Shown: one piece after another, positions 42,064 through 52,426 of the stretch
Position numbering within the stretch: the stretch's first letter is position 1
Layout: each line of letters opens with the position of its first letter
Source: an uncultured Bacteroidales bacterium
Lineage (GTDB): Bacteria; Bacteroidota; Bacteroidia; Bacteroidales; WCHB1-69
NCBI GenBank assembly: GCA_934699095.1
Contig: CAKUVI010000003.1
Span: forward strand, 233,076 to 297,075
Length of the DNA stretch: 64,000 nt
Direction: 5' to 3'
Position numbers and translations under genes: made by a program
Notes under the pieces: model-generated
What the model saw: the letters and a program-made list of their open reading frames with translations, nothing else
Database searches by the model: none
What the model was told of the DNA's origin: nothing

Positions 42064-43218
42064 ATGAATAGAAAATTTAACAAGGATATTTCAGACGAAG
42101 ATTTTGCGCCTAAACGTGCAAGAGACAGAAAAACGGAAAGACGTTCAAATGACGGTGGAAAACGTTCGTCGTTCTCGAAAGACCGCGGCAGAAGGTCAAG
42201 AAAGTTTGACGACAGCGATTCAGAAGACAGCTTTGAAGGCAATGGCAGAAAGCGTGACTACGGTCGGAAGCGTCCGTCAGGTCGTGGTTTTGACAAAGGC
42301 AAGAGAGGCGAAAGGTCGTTTAAACGAGGTTTTTCAGAGCAGGAATCCACAAGGCCACGCCGTAAGAGAAACGTAATTGCAGAATCGGAGATCCTGACAG
42401 AAATAATGGATCGCAGAAGAATGGAAGGACGTACCACACCCCGTAAACAGAAGGTGTTGTCGCTTGAATTTGAAGAAAAGCATGGTCCTATCAGACTCAA
42501 CAAATACATCGCCAATGCCGGGATCTGCTCACGACGTGAGGCTGATGTCCTGATCTCTGCTGGAGCCATAACAGTGAATGGTGAAGTTGTGACGGAAATG
42601 GGTCACAAGGTAATGCCGACCGACGAGGTGCGCTATGGCGACAAGGTGCTGCAACGCGAGAAGCCTGTTTACGTGTTGCTCAACAAACCAAAGGATTATA
42701 TAACCACCACAGACGACGAGCGCAACCGCGCCAACGTCATGGACCTCGTGCGCGATGCCTGTGAAGAGCGCATCTACCCCGTTGGCCGCCTCGACCGCGA
42801 CACCACAGGACTGCTGCTCTTTACCAATGATGGCGACCTGACAAAAAAACTCACCCATCCAAGCTCAGCCATTGAAAAAACCTACGCTGTTGAACTTGAC
42901 AAGAACTTCGCCGCCGTTGATATGGATATGCTCCGCGAAGGCATCGAACTCTCCGATGGCAAAATCACACCAGATGACGTTCAATTTGTGGACGACAGCA
43001 AGAAAAACATCGGAATAACCATCCACTCGGGCAAAAACCGCATCATTAGACGTATTTTTGAATCCCTTGGTTATGAGGTTGTAAAGTTAGACCGTGTCAT
43101 ATTCGCTGGACTTACCAAGAAAGATCTGCCACGTGGCCATTGGCGCTTCCTCACAAAGAAAGAGGTCGCTTTCCTGAAGATGCTCTCTTCAAAAAAACCT
43201 GACACTAAAAATGAATAA
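42064..43218 (+). CDS. rluB: RsuA/RluB family pseudouridine synthase with a basic N-terminal extension of about 115 aa
   Basis: S4 domain (IRLNKYIANAGICSRREADVLI) and catalytic motif VGRLDRDTTGLLLFTNDG. Confidence 0.85.
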   Translation: MNRKFNKDISDEDFAPKRARDRKTERRSNDGGKRSSFSKDRGRRSRKFDDSDSEDSFEGNGRKRDYGRKRPSGRGFDKGKRGERSFKRGFSEQESTRPRRKRNVIAESEILTEIMDRRRMEGRTTPRKQKVLSLEFEEKHGPIRLNKYIANAGICSRREADVLISAGAITVNGEVVTEMGHKVMPTDEVRYGDKVLQREKPVYVLLNKPKDYITTTDDERNRANVMDLVRDACEERIYPVGRLDRDTTGLLLFTNDGDLTKKLTHPSSAIEKTYAVELDKNFAAVDMDMLREGIELSDGKITPDDVQFVDDSKKNIGITIHSGKNRIIRRIFESLGYEVVKLDRVIFAGLTKKDLPRGHWRFLTKKEVAFLKMLSSKKPDTKNE

Positions 43219-44455
43219 CATAGAGATAATGTCGCCTGTAGGGTCTTACGAGGCCCTGTCAGCCGCCATCGCCGCCGGTGCCGGCTCCGTATATTTCGGT
43301 GTGGGTGCTATGAACATGCGTTCGAGATCCGCCGCCAACTTCACTCTTGAAGATCTCGCCAATATAGCTGACATCTGCCGGAAAAACAACGTCAAAAGCT
43401 ACCTCACTGTCAACACTATCGTCTATAACGACGAAATTGAACAGATGCAGGAATTGGTCAGCGCGGCAAAAAGATGCAATGTCACTGCAATCATCGCTTC
43501 TGATATGGCCGTGATAAGCTATGCCATGAAAATAGGCGTGGAAATCCACCTATCCACCCAATGCAACGTGACCAACATAGAGGCCGTTGAATACTACTCC
43601 AAGTTCGCAGATGTGATAGTGCTCGGAAGAGAGTGCAACCTCAGACAAGTCGCAGATATCTGCTCGGAAATTGAACGACGGAATATTGTTGGCCCTAAAG
43701 GCGAGAGACTTAAAATCGAAATGTTTGTCCACGGTGCACTCTGTATGGCGGTTTCCGGAAAATGCTACCTCAGCTTGGACAATTTCAACTACCCTGCCAA
43801 CCGTGGCGCCTGCCTGCAACCCTGCCGCCGCGCCTATAAGGTTCAGGATGCTGAAAATGAGATTGAACTTCTGATTGACAACAAATACATTATGTCGCCA
43901 AAAGACCTTTGCACTATCGGTTTCTTAGACAAGATTGTGAAAGCTGGTGTTTCCGTGTTGAAAATCGAAGGTCGCGGCCGCTCGCCAGAGTATGTGAAAG
44001 TTGTTACAGAATGCTACCACGAAGCTTTGCAAGCCATCAGCAACGGCACGTTCGACAGAGAGAAAACCGACGCTTGGATGACACGTCTCCGCAGTGTGTA
44101 TAACCGCGATTTCTGGGACGGTTATTACCTTGGCCGCAAAATGGGCGAATGGACCGAGCGTTATGGCTCACAAGCTACCCGCGTGAAACTTCACGTAGGA
44201 AAAATCACCAACTACTTCGCCAATATCAACGTAGCAGAAGTATATATGGAGACCGAATCCTTGTCTGTTGGCGACGAAATCCTTGTCATCGGTCCTACCA
44301 CAGGCGTTTACAATGACAAAATAACTGAAATAAGAGTGGACGACAAACCGGTTGAAACTGTTGAGAAAGGTGTCTATTGCTCAATAAAGACAAAATCTCT
44401 GGTACGCAGAGGCGACAAGGTTTACAAATGGATTGAGGTTGCCGACGAATTTTGA
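43211..44455 (+). CDS. U32 family peptidase-like protein
   Basis: 414 aa. U32-type conserved region (EMFVHGALCMAVSGKCYLS, PCRR). TGA stop at 44453-44455 directly precedes a terminator. Confidence 0.85.
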   Translation: MNNIEIMSPVGSYEALSAAIAAGAGSVYFGVGAMNMRSRSAANFTLEDLANIADICRKNNVKSYLTVNTIVYNDEIEQMQELVSAAKRCNVTAIIASDMAVISYAMKIGVEIHLSTQCNVTNIEAVEYYSKFADVIVLGRECNLRQVADICSEIERRNIVGPKGERLKIEMFVHGALCMAVSGKCYLSLDNFNYPANRGACLQPCRRAYKVQDAENEIELLIDNKYIMSPKDLCTIGFLDKIVKAGVSVLKIEGRGRSPEYVKVVTECYHEALQAISNGTFDREKTDAWMTRLRSVYNRDFWDGYYLGRKMGEWTERYGSQATRVKLHVGKITNYFANINVAEVYMETESLSVGDEILVIGPTTGVYNDKITEIRVDDKPVETVEKGVYCSIKTKSLVRRGDKVYKWIEVADEF

Positions 44456-44475
44456 TTTTCACCTTTATATATAAT

Positions 44476-44506
44476 AAAAAAGGCGGTCAATCGACCGCCT
44501 TTTTTC
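44476..44506. terminator. Bidirectional rho-independent terminator between convergent genes
   Basis: AAAAAA-GGCGGTC-AATC-GACCGCC-TTTTTT. Confidence 0.85.
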
Positions 44507-44523
44507 TATTGTAGTGTCCTAAG

Positions 44524-46800
44524 TTACTTAACGATGAACTTTTGGATATTGCTGCCATTTGTTGTATTCAAATGGAGGAAGTAAACACCCTTTGCAAAAT
44601 CGTTCACAGAAATTTGGTATTTCTGAACGCCACCGTCGTGGTTGATTTGTTCAGTATAAACTGTTCTGCCTGTAAGATCAACGATTTCAGCAGAAATTGT
44701 CTGAGCGTCAGCACTTACTTCAATTGTCATGTTTGTAACTGCCGGATTAGGATAGATGTTTACGTCAAAATCTTCAATATTGTTGATACCTGTGTTTTCG
44801 CCCCAATATTGGAATTCAAAACCAGTGCCTTGGTATTTGTTATCAGAAGCGAAGCGGATTTTGAATCTGCCTGTCTGAGCACCTGCAAGCATAACGGTAG
44901 GAACATCTGCAGTATAGTAGCTGACTGGGAGGTTATTGATATCATAGTGGGCGATAAGTTCGCGAGTTTGAGCGTTCTTATAATAGTAAATATCTACAAA
45001 ATCACCAGATTTAAGATCAAACTTATTGAAGGTATAGATGAGACGGTTTGTATATTTGAGGTTAAGATCATACTCACAAACGTTAGAAGCGCGGTATTCG
45101 TCATCGCTGATAGCGTTGTTTGGCTTGTCGGTGAGAATAGCGGTTTGGTCTGTAAGTGTCAAGTTTGTACAAGCGGCCTTGCTGAAGCTGTTAACTCTAT
45201 AGCTCAACACGAAGCCGTAATCGGTTTCAGAATTTGCAGTAGATGTGAAGACAACGAGAACGCTGTCAGCATTTACTGTAATGGCAGCAGGAAGTTGGTT
45301 GCCTGTGAAATCACCTTGTGTGCCACCATCGAGGTTAGTGTAATCGCTGCAAGCAGCCATAAGATAATTGCCGCTATACTCTTGTTTGATACCGGAAGCA
45401 GTTGTACCGCCGTTGTAGATTGTAACTTTGTCGCCGGCTTTAACTTTAAGTTTATCGAAGCTCAAAACATAAGATGTTGCATCCGGACAAGCGAGAATCC
45501 ATTGACGATTTGAGTTTTGGGCATATTTCATATTGCCTGCGCCATCGCTGATAGTACCGAAGCTTGCTGTAACGCGTTTGAAGCTTTCAGCTGGTTTAGC
45601 AATTGCTGCAGAATCAGGCATAAGGTTGATCATCATAGCGTTAGAGCCAGCCTCGTTGAATGTACCGGAGCTGTGGGTGTTCTGTTTGTTGATGAGATAC
45701 CAACCGTTATCTTGGCCAGCCCAACCCCAGTTAACATGGAAATAGGTAGCGTTACCGATAGTTGTGTAACCGTCAACGATCCATGCGTGACCGCCAGCAG
45801 AAGCACTGCGACCTGAGAAGAACAGAGGACGACGTGCATCCAATTCTGCTTTTGCCTTATTTTCCCACAAATACATCAATGAGTCGTTTGAAATAACATC
45901 GTTGATGTTTTGGAATTGAGAATTTGAATTGAAGAAGAAGTTATTTTGAAGAGCGGCCATAGCATATTCGGATTGAGTACCAGAGCCATCCCAGCCATAA
46001 CCCATACGTGTAGAAACACCGCAATGATAGATCAATTTTGAAAGCTCACCGTCATATTGGGTAAGTGAGTTTGCCATTGCATCATAGTCATAGTTGGATG
46101 CGCTGTAGTTAACAGTTTGTGCGGGATAAGTATAGATAACTTCACCTGTTTCATCATCATATTCACGTGGAATATAAGAAACGATACCATAACCGTTTTC
46201 AGGATAACGGTAATAGAAAAGGATATTGGTCATAGTGAGGGCCACACAACCAACAGGGGTGTGGAAATCGTCGTCGTATGAATTCTTTGGATTGTAAGGG
46301 CAGCTTGTGTTGTAATATTTTTCCTGAGTCCAGCGGGTTGTAACCAAAGGTTCAACTGCAGGAGCGCCCTTTGTTGAGAAAGGTTTGAAATCGCTTGCAA
46401 GGTAGTGGTTCCAGGAATTACGAACCTTGAGTGCACTTTCAGGGTTAGTAAGAAGTCTGGAGATGTCTTGCTTATACTGTTCTGTGTACAAGTCTGCGCC
46501 AGTACCTTTTGTGAAGTTGCTTTCCAAAGAGAAGGCCAATACAGGGTTAGCCAGATCTGTTGCAGAAACAATCATGAAGCCTTGGTTTCCAACCTTGAAT
46601 TGATAATAGACAGGAGTGCCGTCAACAGAATACTCGGTATTCACTAAAACGATCTCCATCTGGTTAGCTCTTGTAGCACCAACTCGTTCGGTGAGGAAGT
46701 TTTTAGATGCTTTCATTGCATCTTCCACGGGAATTACGTTAACTGCGTAACTCATCATGATAAACATCAGTAAAGATGCCAAAAGTGTAATTTTCTTCAT
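44524..46800 (-). CDS. C10 (streptopain-like) cysteine peptidase with two CUB-like domains and a T9SS C-terminal sorting domain
   Basis: 758 aa. Signal peptide and propeptide/inhibitor-like N-terminus. Catalytic Cys context PVGCVALTMTNILFYY; catalytic His context AGGHAWIVDGY. CTD is NIYPNPAVTNMTIEV...GVYFLHLNT...QKFIVK. Confidence 0.85.
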   Translation of the reverse strand: MKKITLLASLLMFIMMSYAVNVIPVEDAMKASKNFLTERVGATRANQMEIVLVNTEYSVDGTPVYYQFKVGNQGFMIVSATDLANPVLAFSLESNFTKGTGADLYTEQYKQDISRLLTNPESALKVRNSWNHYLASDFKPFSTKGAPAVEPLVTTRWTQEKYYNTSCPYNPKNSYDDDFHTPVGCVALTMTNILFYYRYPENGYGIVSYIPREYDDETGEVIYTYPAQTVNYSASNYDYDAMANSLTQYDGELSKLIYHCGVSTRMGYGWDGSGTQSEYAMAALQNNFFFNSNSQFQNINDVISNDSLMYLWENKAKAELDARRPLFFSGRSASAGGHAWIVDGYTTIGNATYFHVNWGWAGQDNGWYLINKQNTHSSGTFNEAGSNAMMINLMPDSAAIAKPAESFKRVTASFGTISDGAGNMKYAQNSNRQWILACPDATSYVLSFDKLKVKAGDKVTIYNGGTTASGIKQEYSGNYLMAACSDYTNLDGGTQGDFTGNQLPAAITVNADSVLVVFTSTANSETDYGFVLSYRVNSFSKAACTNLTLTDQTAILTDKPNNAISDDEYRASNVCEYDLNLKYTNRLIYTFNKFDLKSGDFVDIYYYKNAQTRELIAHYDINNLPVSYYTADVPTVMLAGAQTGRFKIRFASDNKYQGTGFEFQYWGENTGINNIEDFDVNIYPNPAVTNMTIEVSADAQTISAEIVDLTGRTVYTEQINHDGGVQKYQISVNDFAKGVYFLHLNTTNGSNIQKFIVK

Positions 46801-46887
46801 ATTCTATAGAATTTTATTTATAATTATTCTTTACGTAATATAGCCGCAAAAATACAAAAAACAAAAATACAAAAGCATTTTGCATTC

Positions 46888-46920
46888 ATAAAAAAAAGCG
46901 ACCTTTTTTTTGTCGCTTTT
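46888..46920 (-). terminator. Probable rho-independent terminator of the flavin oxidoreductase gene
   Basis: The minus strand reads AGCGAC-AAAAAAAAG-GTCGCT followed by a T-run. The stem is short, so confidence is moderate. Confidence 0.55.
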
Positions 46921-46929
46921 TGGGAGTGT

Positions 46930-48177
46930 CTATCTGTTATTTTCGATTTTCAATTCCGCTTTTTCAATCTCTCTTTGAAGGTTATGCGGTAGGTTTTCTT
47001 TCATGCACTGATGGCATTTCATATCAAGAGTGTACATCCTTCCGATGCAATAATTAGAGTGTTTGCAGCCGCTTTTGGTCACCTCTCCGGAGTGTAGTTT
47101 GTTGACAAAATCCGTGTCGTGAACCAGTGCCCTACCCATCTGGAATGCGACGAAACCTGAGTCGAGAACTTTTTCCATATCTTCCTTTTTAACCATACCG
47201 CCCACATAGATAAGCGGGAGTTTAAGTGCGTTGCGGAATTTCATTGCTGTATCGTAGAAATACGCATCCTTGTAAGGAACGGTAGGGATTACTATTCTGC
47301 CACCGATATGCAATCCGAGTTTCAGCCACCAGAATTTTTTCATGTCCATATAGTGGGCGAGGGTTTTGAGAGGCATGGCACCGCGCATCACCTCCATCGG
47401 CGCTTTGCTGACGAACCCGGCGGTGAGCACAAGCGCATGTACGCCAAGTCTTTCGAGCTCCTGCGCAACCTTTATGCATTCGTCAACTTGAATACCACTC
47501 CTGAACCCGTCATACATATTGGTTTTCACCACTATGGCCATATCGTCTTTGGCTTCCTGCATAACCCTGGAGATCACCATACGCATGAATCTCATTCTGT
47601 TTTCGAGGCTGCCGCCGAACTCATCCTTGCGATGGTTGGTATATGGCGACAGAAATTGGCTGATAAGATAGCCGTGTCCAGCGTGCACTTCGATGCAGTC
47701 GAAGCCGGCGCGCCGGCACAGATCAACGGCCTTCCCGAAATCATCCACTATCTGGTTAATGTCCTGCTTGGTCATCTTGCGAGTGAATGTAGGGGAATAG
47801 AGGTTGAAACGACCCGACGGTGAGAGCGGTTTTTCACCGCATGTTGACCTGTGAGTCATGTTACCGCAGTGTCCGATCTGTATCGAGGCTTTTGCACCTT
47901 CGGCGTGGATTGCGTCTGTCATGGCCTTGAGCTCCGGCACTATCTCCTCCCTCAACCATAACTGACCGTCGAACGACAAACCGCTGCGGCTCACTGATGC
48001 ATAAGCCACAGTGGTCATCCCTATCCCGCCCTTCGCAACAGCGGTGTGGTAGTCAACCAACATCTTTGTCGGACGGTTTCCAAAAGCCATATTTTCGAAA
48101 GCTGCCGAACGTATTGTTCTGTTCCTCAATGTTATAGGACCAATCTGACAAGGTGTGAAAATTGTAGATTCTATCAT
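46930..48177 (-). CDS. NADH:flavin oxidoreductase (Old Yellow Enzyme family) with a C-terminal 4-Cys motif
   Basis: 415 aa. OYE TIM-barrel motifs (GFDCIEVHAGHGYLISQFLSP) and a C-terminal CKHSNYCIGRMYTLDMKCHQC. Confidence 0.85.
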   Translation of the reverse strand: MIESTIFTPCQIGPITLRNRTIRSAAFENMAFGNRPTKMLVDYHTAVAKGGIGMTTVAYASVSRSGLSFDGQLWLREEIVPELKAMTDAIHAEGAKASIQIGHCGNMTHRSTCGEKPLSPSGRFNLYSPTFTRKMTKQDINQIVDDFGKAVDLCRRAGFDCIEVHAGHGYLISQFLSPYTNHRKDEFGGSLENRMRFMRMVISRVMQEAKDDMAIVVKTNMYDGFRSGIQVDECIKVAQELERLGVHALVLTAGFVSKAPMEVMRGAMPLKTLAHYMDMKKFWWLKLGLHIGGRIVIPTVPYKDAYFYDTAMKFRNALKLPLIYVGGMVKKEDMEKVLDSGFVAFQMGRALVHDTDFVNKLHSGEVTKSGCKHSNYCIGRMYTLDMKCHQCMKENLPHNLQREIEKAELKIENNR

Positions 48178-48187
48178 TGTTTTTGTA

Positions 48188-48967
48188 TTAAATTAATTTC
48201 GGAAAAACGGTAATTGCGTTTTCTGTGGTCTGCTCCATCACGGTCTGCACTGAAACTCCGAATACTTCAGCCACTTTTTGTGCAATCAAAGGGATATAGC
48301 TGCTTTCATTCGGAGTACCGCGATGAGGTGTGGGGGCCAAGTAGGGAGCATCGGTTTCAAGCACGATATTTTCTAATCCCACAACAGGCAGCAATTCCTG
48401 TAGTTTGTTGTTCTTGAAGGTCACGATGCCTCCCACGCCTATCATGAAGCCGTGTTTTTTGGCCCACTCGGCCTCTTGTATTCCGCCTGAAAAGCAGTGC
48501 AGAACGCCCTTGACGCTTCCCACATATTTGTTCAGAATGGGAATGGCTTCACTGTAGGCATTGCGGATGTGCAGAGAGAGAGGCTCCTGACGGTCACGCG
48601 CCCAGTCCAGCTGGCGCCTGAACACGATCTGCTGCTCCTGTTCGAAATCCCTGTCATAGTAATAATCCAAGCCGATCTCCCCTATGCCAACATAGTTTTT
48701 GTCATCAATATGGTTTTCCAATTCAGCCAAAACCTCTTCATAGTTCTCCCTCACATCTGAAGGGTGAAGACCCACAAGTCCATACACATTTTCAGGAAAC
48801 AGGTCAACAGCCTCGGCGATGAGTGGAGGTGTAAGACCATCAACACCGGCAAGTATGATCTTTTCCACCTTGGCATTTATGGCGCGGTTAATAACCTCTT
48901 CCAAGTTTTCGGGATAATACTCCCTGTAGAGATGGGAATGTGTGTCAACAAAAAAATTGTTATTCAT
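48188..48967 (-). CDS. tatD: TatD family metal-dependent hydrolase
   Basis: VDTHSHL and ETDAPYL. Start set to the ATG at 48965-48967 (MNNNFFVDTHSHL). Confidence 0.9.
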   Translation of the reverse strand: MNNNFFVDTHSHLYREYYPENLEEVINRAINAKVEKIILAGVDGLTPPLIAEAVDLFPENVYGLVGLHPSDVRENYEEVLAELENHIDDKNYVGIGEIGLDYYYDRDFEQEQQIVFRRQLDWARDRQEPLSLHIRNAYSEAIPILNKYVGSVKGVLHCFSGGIQEAEWAKKHGFMIGVGGIVTFKNNKLQELLPVVGLENIVLETDAPYLAPTPHRGTPNESSYIPLIAQKVAEVFGVSVQTVMEQTTENAITVFPKLI

Positions 48968-48969
48968 AA

Positions 48970-49482
48970 TTAAAAACGATATCTTACTCCGAAGGCGACA
49001 TTGAAAAGATTTGTGGCAAAATTGCCTTGTCTTAAACCGAAGACGTTTATCATAGGACGCCAATCAAGGCTCAAGTTGAGCGGAATATTGAATTTATACT
49101 CAAGTCCCAACTGTCCGCCAATGGGAATGCCGAAACGGCTGTAACCCATAAGGTCGTAATATTCTCCATAGCCGTAGCTGATGCCGGCGGCTACACCGAT
49201 ATACCACCCGAAACCATACTTGAGTTCACGCAGCCAGTCGTATGCCGCAACAGCCTGCAAACGACCGTAGCGATAGATCTCTGTCCCGGTTTTTGTATTC
49301 ACTATCCTATGGGTGATGAACGGAGTGACACCAAGATCCACTTCCAACATATTGCCGCCTAACAAGTGCTGGTAGGAAGCCTCAAGATTGTAGCCCACCC
49401 TCGCACCGATGGCTCTCGGCTGCGCGTTTAATGTGAACACCACGGCAGACATGACAAACAAAAAAACAATTGCTCTTTTCAT
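48970..49482 (-). CDS. Small outer-membrane beta-barrel protein
   Basis: 170 aa. Signal peptide ending NAQ|PRAIGARVGYN and C-terminal ...FGVRYRF. Confidence 0.6.
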   Translation of the reverse strand: MKRAIVFLFVMSAVVFTLNAQPRAIGARVGYNLEASYQHLLGGNMLEVDLGVTPFITHRIVNTKTGTEIYRYGRLQAVAAYDWLRELKYGFGWYIGVAAGISYGYGEYYDLMGYSRFGIPIGGQLGLEYKFNIPLNLSLDWRPMINVFGLRQGNFATNLFNVAFGVRYRF

Positions 49483-49504
49483 AGATTTTAATGGAATTTA
49501 CATT

Positions 49505-49546
49505 AAAAAACTCTGTTAACATCCATATATAGAATGTTAACAGAGT
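49505..49546 (-). terminator. Rho-independent terminator after the upstream beta-barrel paralog
   Basis: 13-bp arms ACTCTGTTAACAT / ATGTTAACAGAGT. On the minus strand they are followed by TTTTTT (plus-strand A-run at 49505-49510). Confidence 0.8.
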
Positions 49547-49586
49547 CATAGCTTTTAACTTATTCGGCTTGTCCGAAATTCATATT

Positions 49587-50087
49587 TTAGTGGAATCTGT
49601 AACGAAGACCAACACCGAAGCTATACAAACCAGCATATGGTCTGTAATAGGTGTTGTTGAATCCCAACACGTTAATCATTGGGCGCCAGTCGATTGTAAG
49701 GTTCAATGGAATGTTGAATTGCCATTCAAAACCGATCTGACCACCGATATTAACACGGAATGGAACAACATCATAATATCTGTAAGCAGAACCGAAACCG
49801 AAACCGATACCTGCACCAGGACCTACGAACCAATTCCAGATACCTTTGATATTGAATGTCCAGTCGAACATAGCGTTGATATCAGCATATCCCCAGTTGT
49901 AACCATTGTAATTTGACCACAAACCGGAAACACCTGCAGTGAGGTCGGTGTACAAATTAGAAGTGATAGAATGTTGATATGAGAATTCTTCATTCCAACC
50001 CAAACGGGCACCAATAGCGCGAGGTTGTGCGAAACCTGCAACGGCAAAAGCGCCGAGAATTACTAATGTAGTTAAAACTTTTTTCAT
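49587..50087 (-). CDS. Small outer-membrane beta-barrel protein (tandem paralog of 48970..49482)
   Basis: 166 aa. FAQ|PRAIGARLGWN..., shared motif FNIPLNL(T/S)(I/L)DWRPMINV, C-terminal GLRYRFH. Confidence 0.6.
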   Translation of the reverse strand: MKKVLTTLVILGAFAVAGFAQPRAIGARLGWNEEFSYQHSITSNLYTDLTAGVSGLWSNYNGYNWGYADINAMFDWTFNIKGIWNWFVGPGAGIGFGFGSAYRYYDVVPFRVNIGGQIGFEWQFNIPLNLTIDWRPMINVLGFNNTYYRPYAGLYSFGVGLRYRFH

Positions 50088-50314
50088 ACTCTTTTAGTTT
50101 TAAAATGTTGAACTGCAAAAATATATTTTTTTTATTATGTTCGATTTTTTTTGAAATTATAGATATAAACAACTAAGATTTAATAATCTATGAGTGTTAA
50201 AGATTGTTAACAAACGAGTTGTGGGATTTTTCAAATTTGAATCCAATATAATTAACATTTTGCCGAGACGCGCCATGACACGTCTCTACTGATGGGAACA
50301 TGGTTTGTAAACCA

Positions 50315-50350
50315 ACAAAAAAGGGAAGCACCATGAAAAGTACTTCCCTT
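50315..50350 (-). terminator. Rho-independent terminator of atpDC
   Basis: The minus strand reads AAGGGAAG-(14-nt loop)-CTTCCCTT followed by TTTTGTT, 24 nt after the atpC stop. Confidence 0.65.
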
Positions 50351-50373
50351 AGAGTAGTATATCGTAACAAAAT

Positions 50374-50610
50374 TTATTCTGCAAGGAGGAGAATTTTGTT
50401 GTTGCTTACCTCCACAACGCCTCCGCGAATATCGAAAAACTGTTCGTTTTGGGCTTCGTCAACGATTTTGACCTTTCCCTCGCGGAGAGCGGACACGAGA
50501 GGCGCATGTGATTTGAGTATTTCAAACAAACCGTCAATGCCGGGGAGTTGCACAAGAGAGACATCACCGGAAAAAAGAGTATTGCTTGGTGTTATAATTT
50601 CCAATTTCAT
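50374..50610 (-). CDS. atpC: F1 ATP synthase epsilon subunit (short form, beta-sandwich domain only)
   Basis: 78 aa. MKLEIITP...G(x)LP(x)H. Lies directly downstream of atpD. Confidence 0.85.
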   Translation of the reverse strand: MKLEIITPSNTLFSGDVSLVQLPGIDGLFEILKSHAPLVSALREGKVKIVDEAQNEQFFDIRGGVVEVSNNKILLLAE

Positions 50611-50616
50611 AGTATG

Positions 50617-52125
<1,509 letters not shown>

Positions 52126-52269
52126 TTATATTTATTGAGTCTATTTTTTGAGCCGCCAAAGATATAAAAATTTTGGAACAACCGAAGACAAAAAAACAAT
52201 AATCTTTAAAATGTTGACATGCACATTTTTTTGAGCCAAAAATTTTTTCAGATTTTTTTTCTAAAAATG

Positions 52270-52299
52270 TTTGTCATATTAAAAAAAAGTGTATTTTTG
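52270..52299 (+). promoter_or_regulatory. Candidate Bacteroidetes sigma-A promoter for tRNA-Gly
   Basis: TTTG at 52270-52273 and TATTTTTG (TAnnTTTG -7 consensus) at 52292-52299. Spacing is 18 nt, and the -7 box ends 17 nt upstream of the tRNA 5' end. Confidence 0.5.
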
Positions 52300-52315
52300 C
52301 AGCCGAATTCAACAA

Positions 52316-52388
<73 letters not shown>

Positions 52389-52389
52389 C

Positions 52390-52424
52390 AAAAAAAAGAG
52401 GGTGCAATTGCACCCTCTTTTTTT
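52390..52424. terminator. Bidirectional rho-independent terminator (tRNA-Gly on plus, LRR cargo gene on minus)
   Basis: AAAAAAAA-GAGGGTGC-AATT-GCACCCTC-TTTTTTT, a perfect hairpin. Confidence 0.85.
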
Positions 52425-52426
52425 CA

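Noticed and set aside
5652-49063. Longer N-terminal extensions proposed by the ORF track: TonB-dependent receptor to 7832, DUF2156-GNAT from 22705, META lipoprotein to 24626, fmt to 29370, ribH to 29870, rlmH from 32431, YitT to 35769, tatD to 49063 and the lipoprotein to 58255.
   Set aside because: In each case an internal ATG gives a proper signal peptide or a conserved N-terminus and removes overlaps with neighbouring genes or terminators. Several of the extended starts are non-ATG codons.
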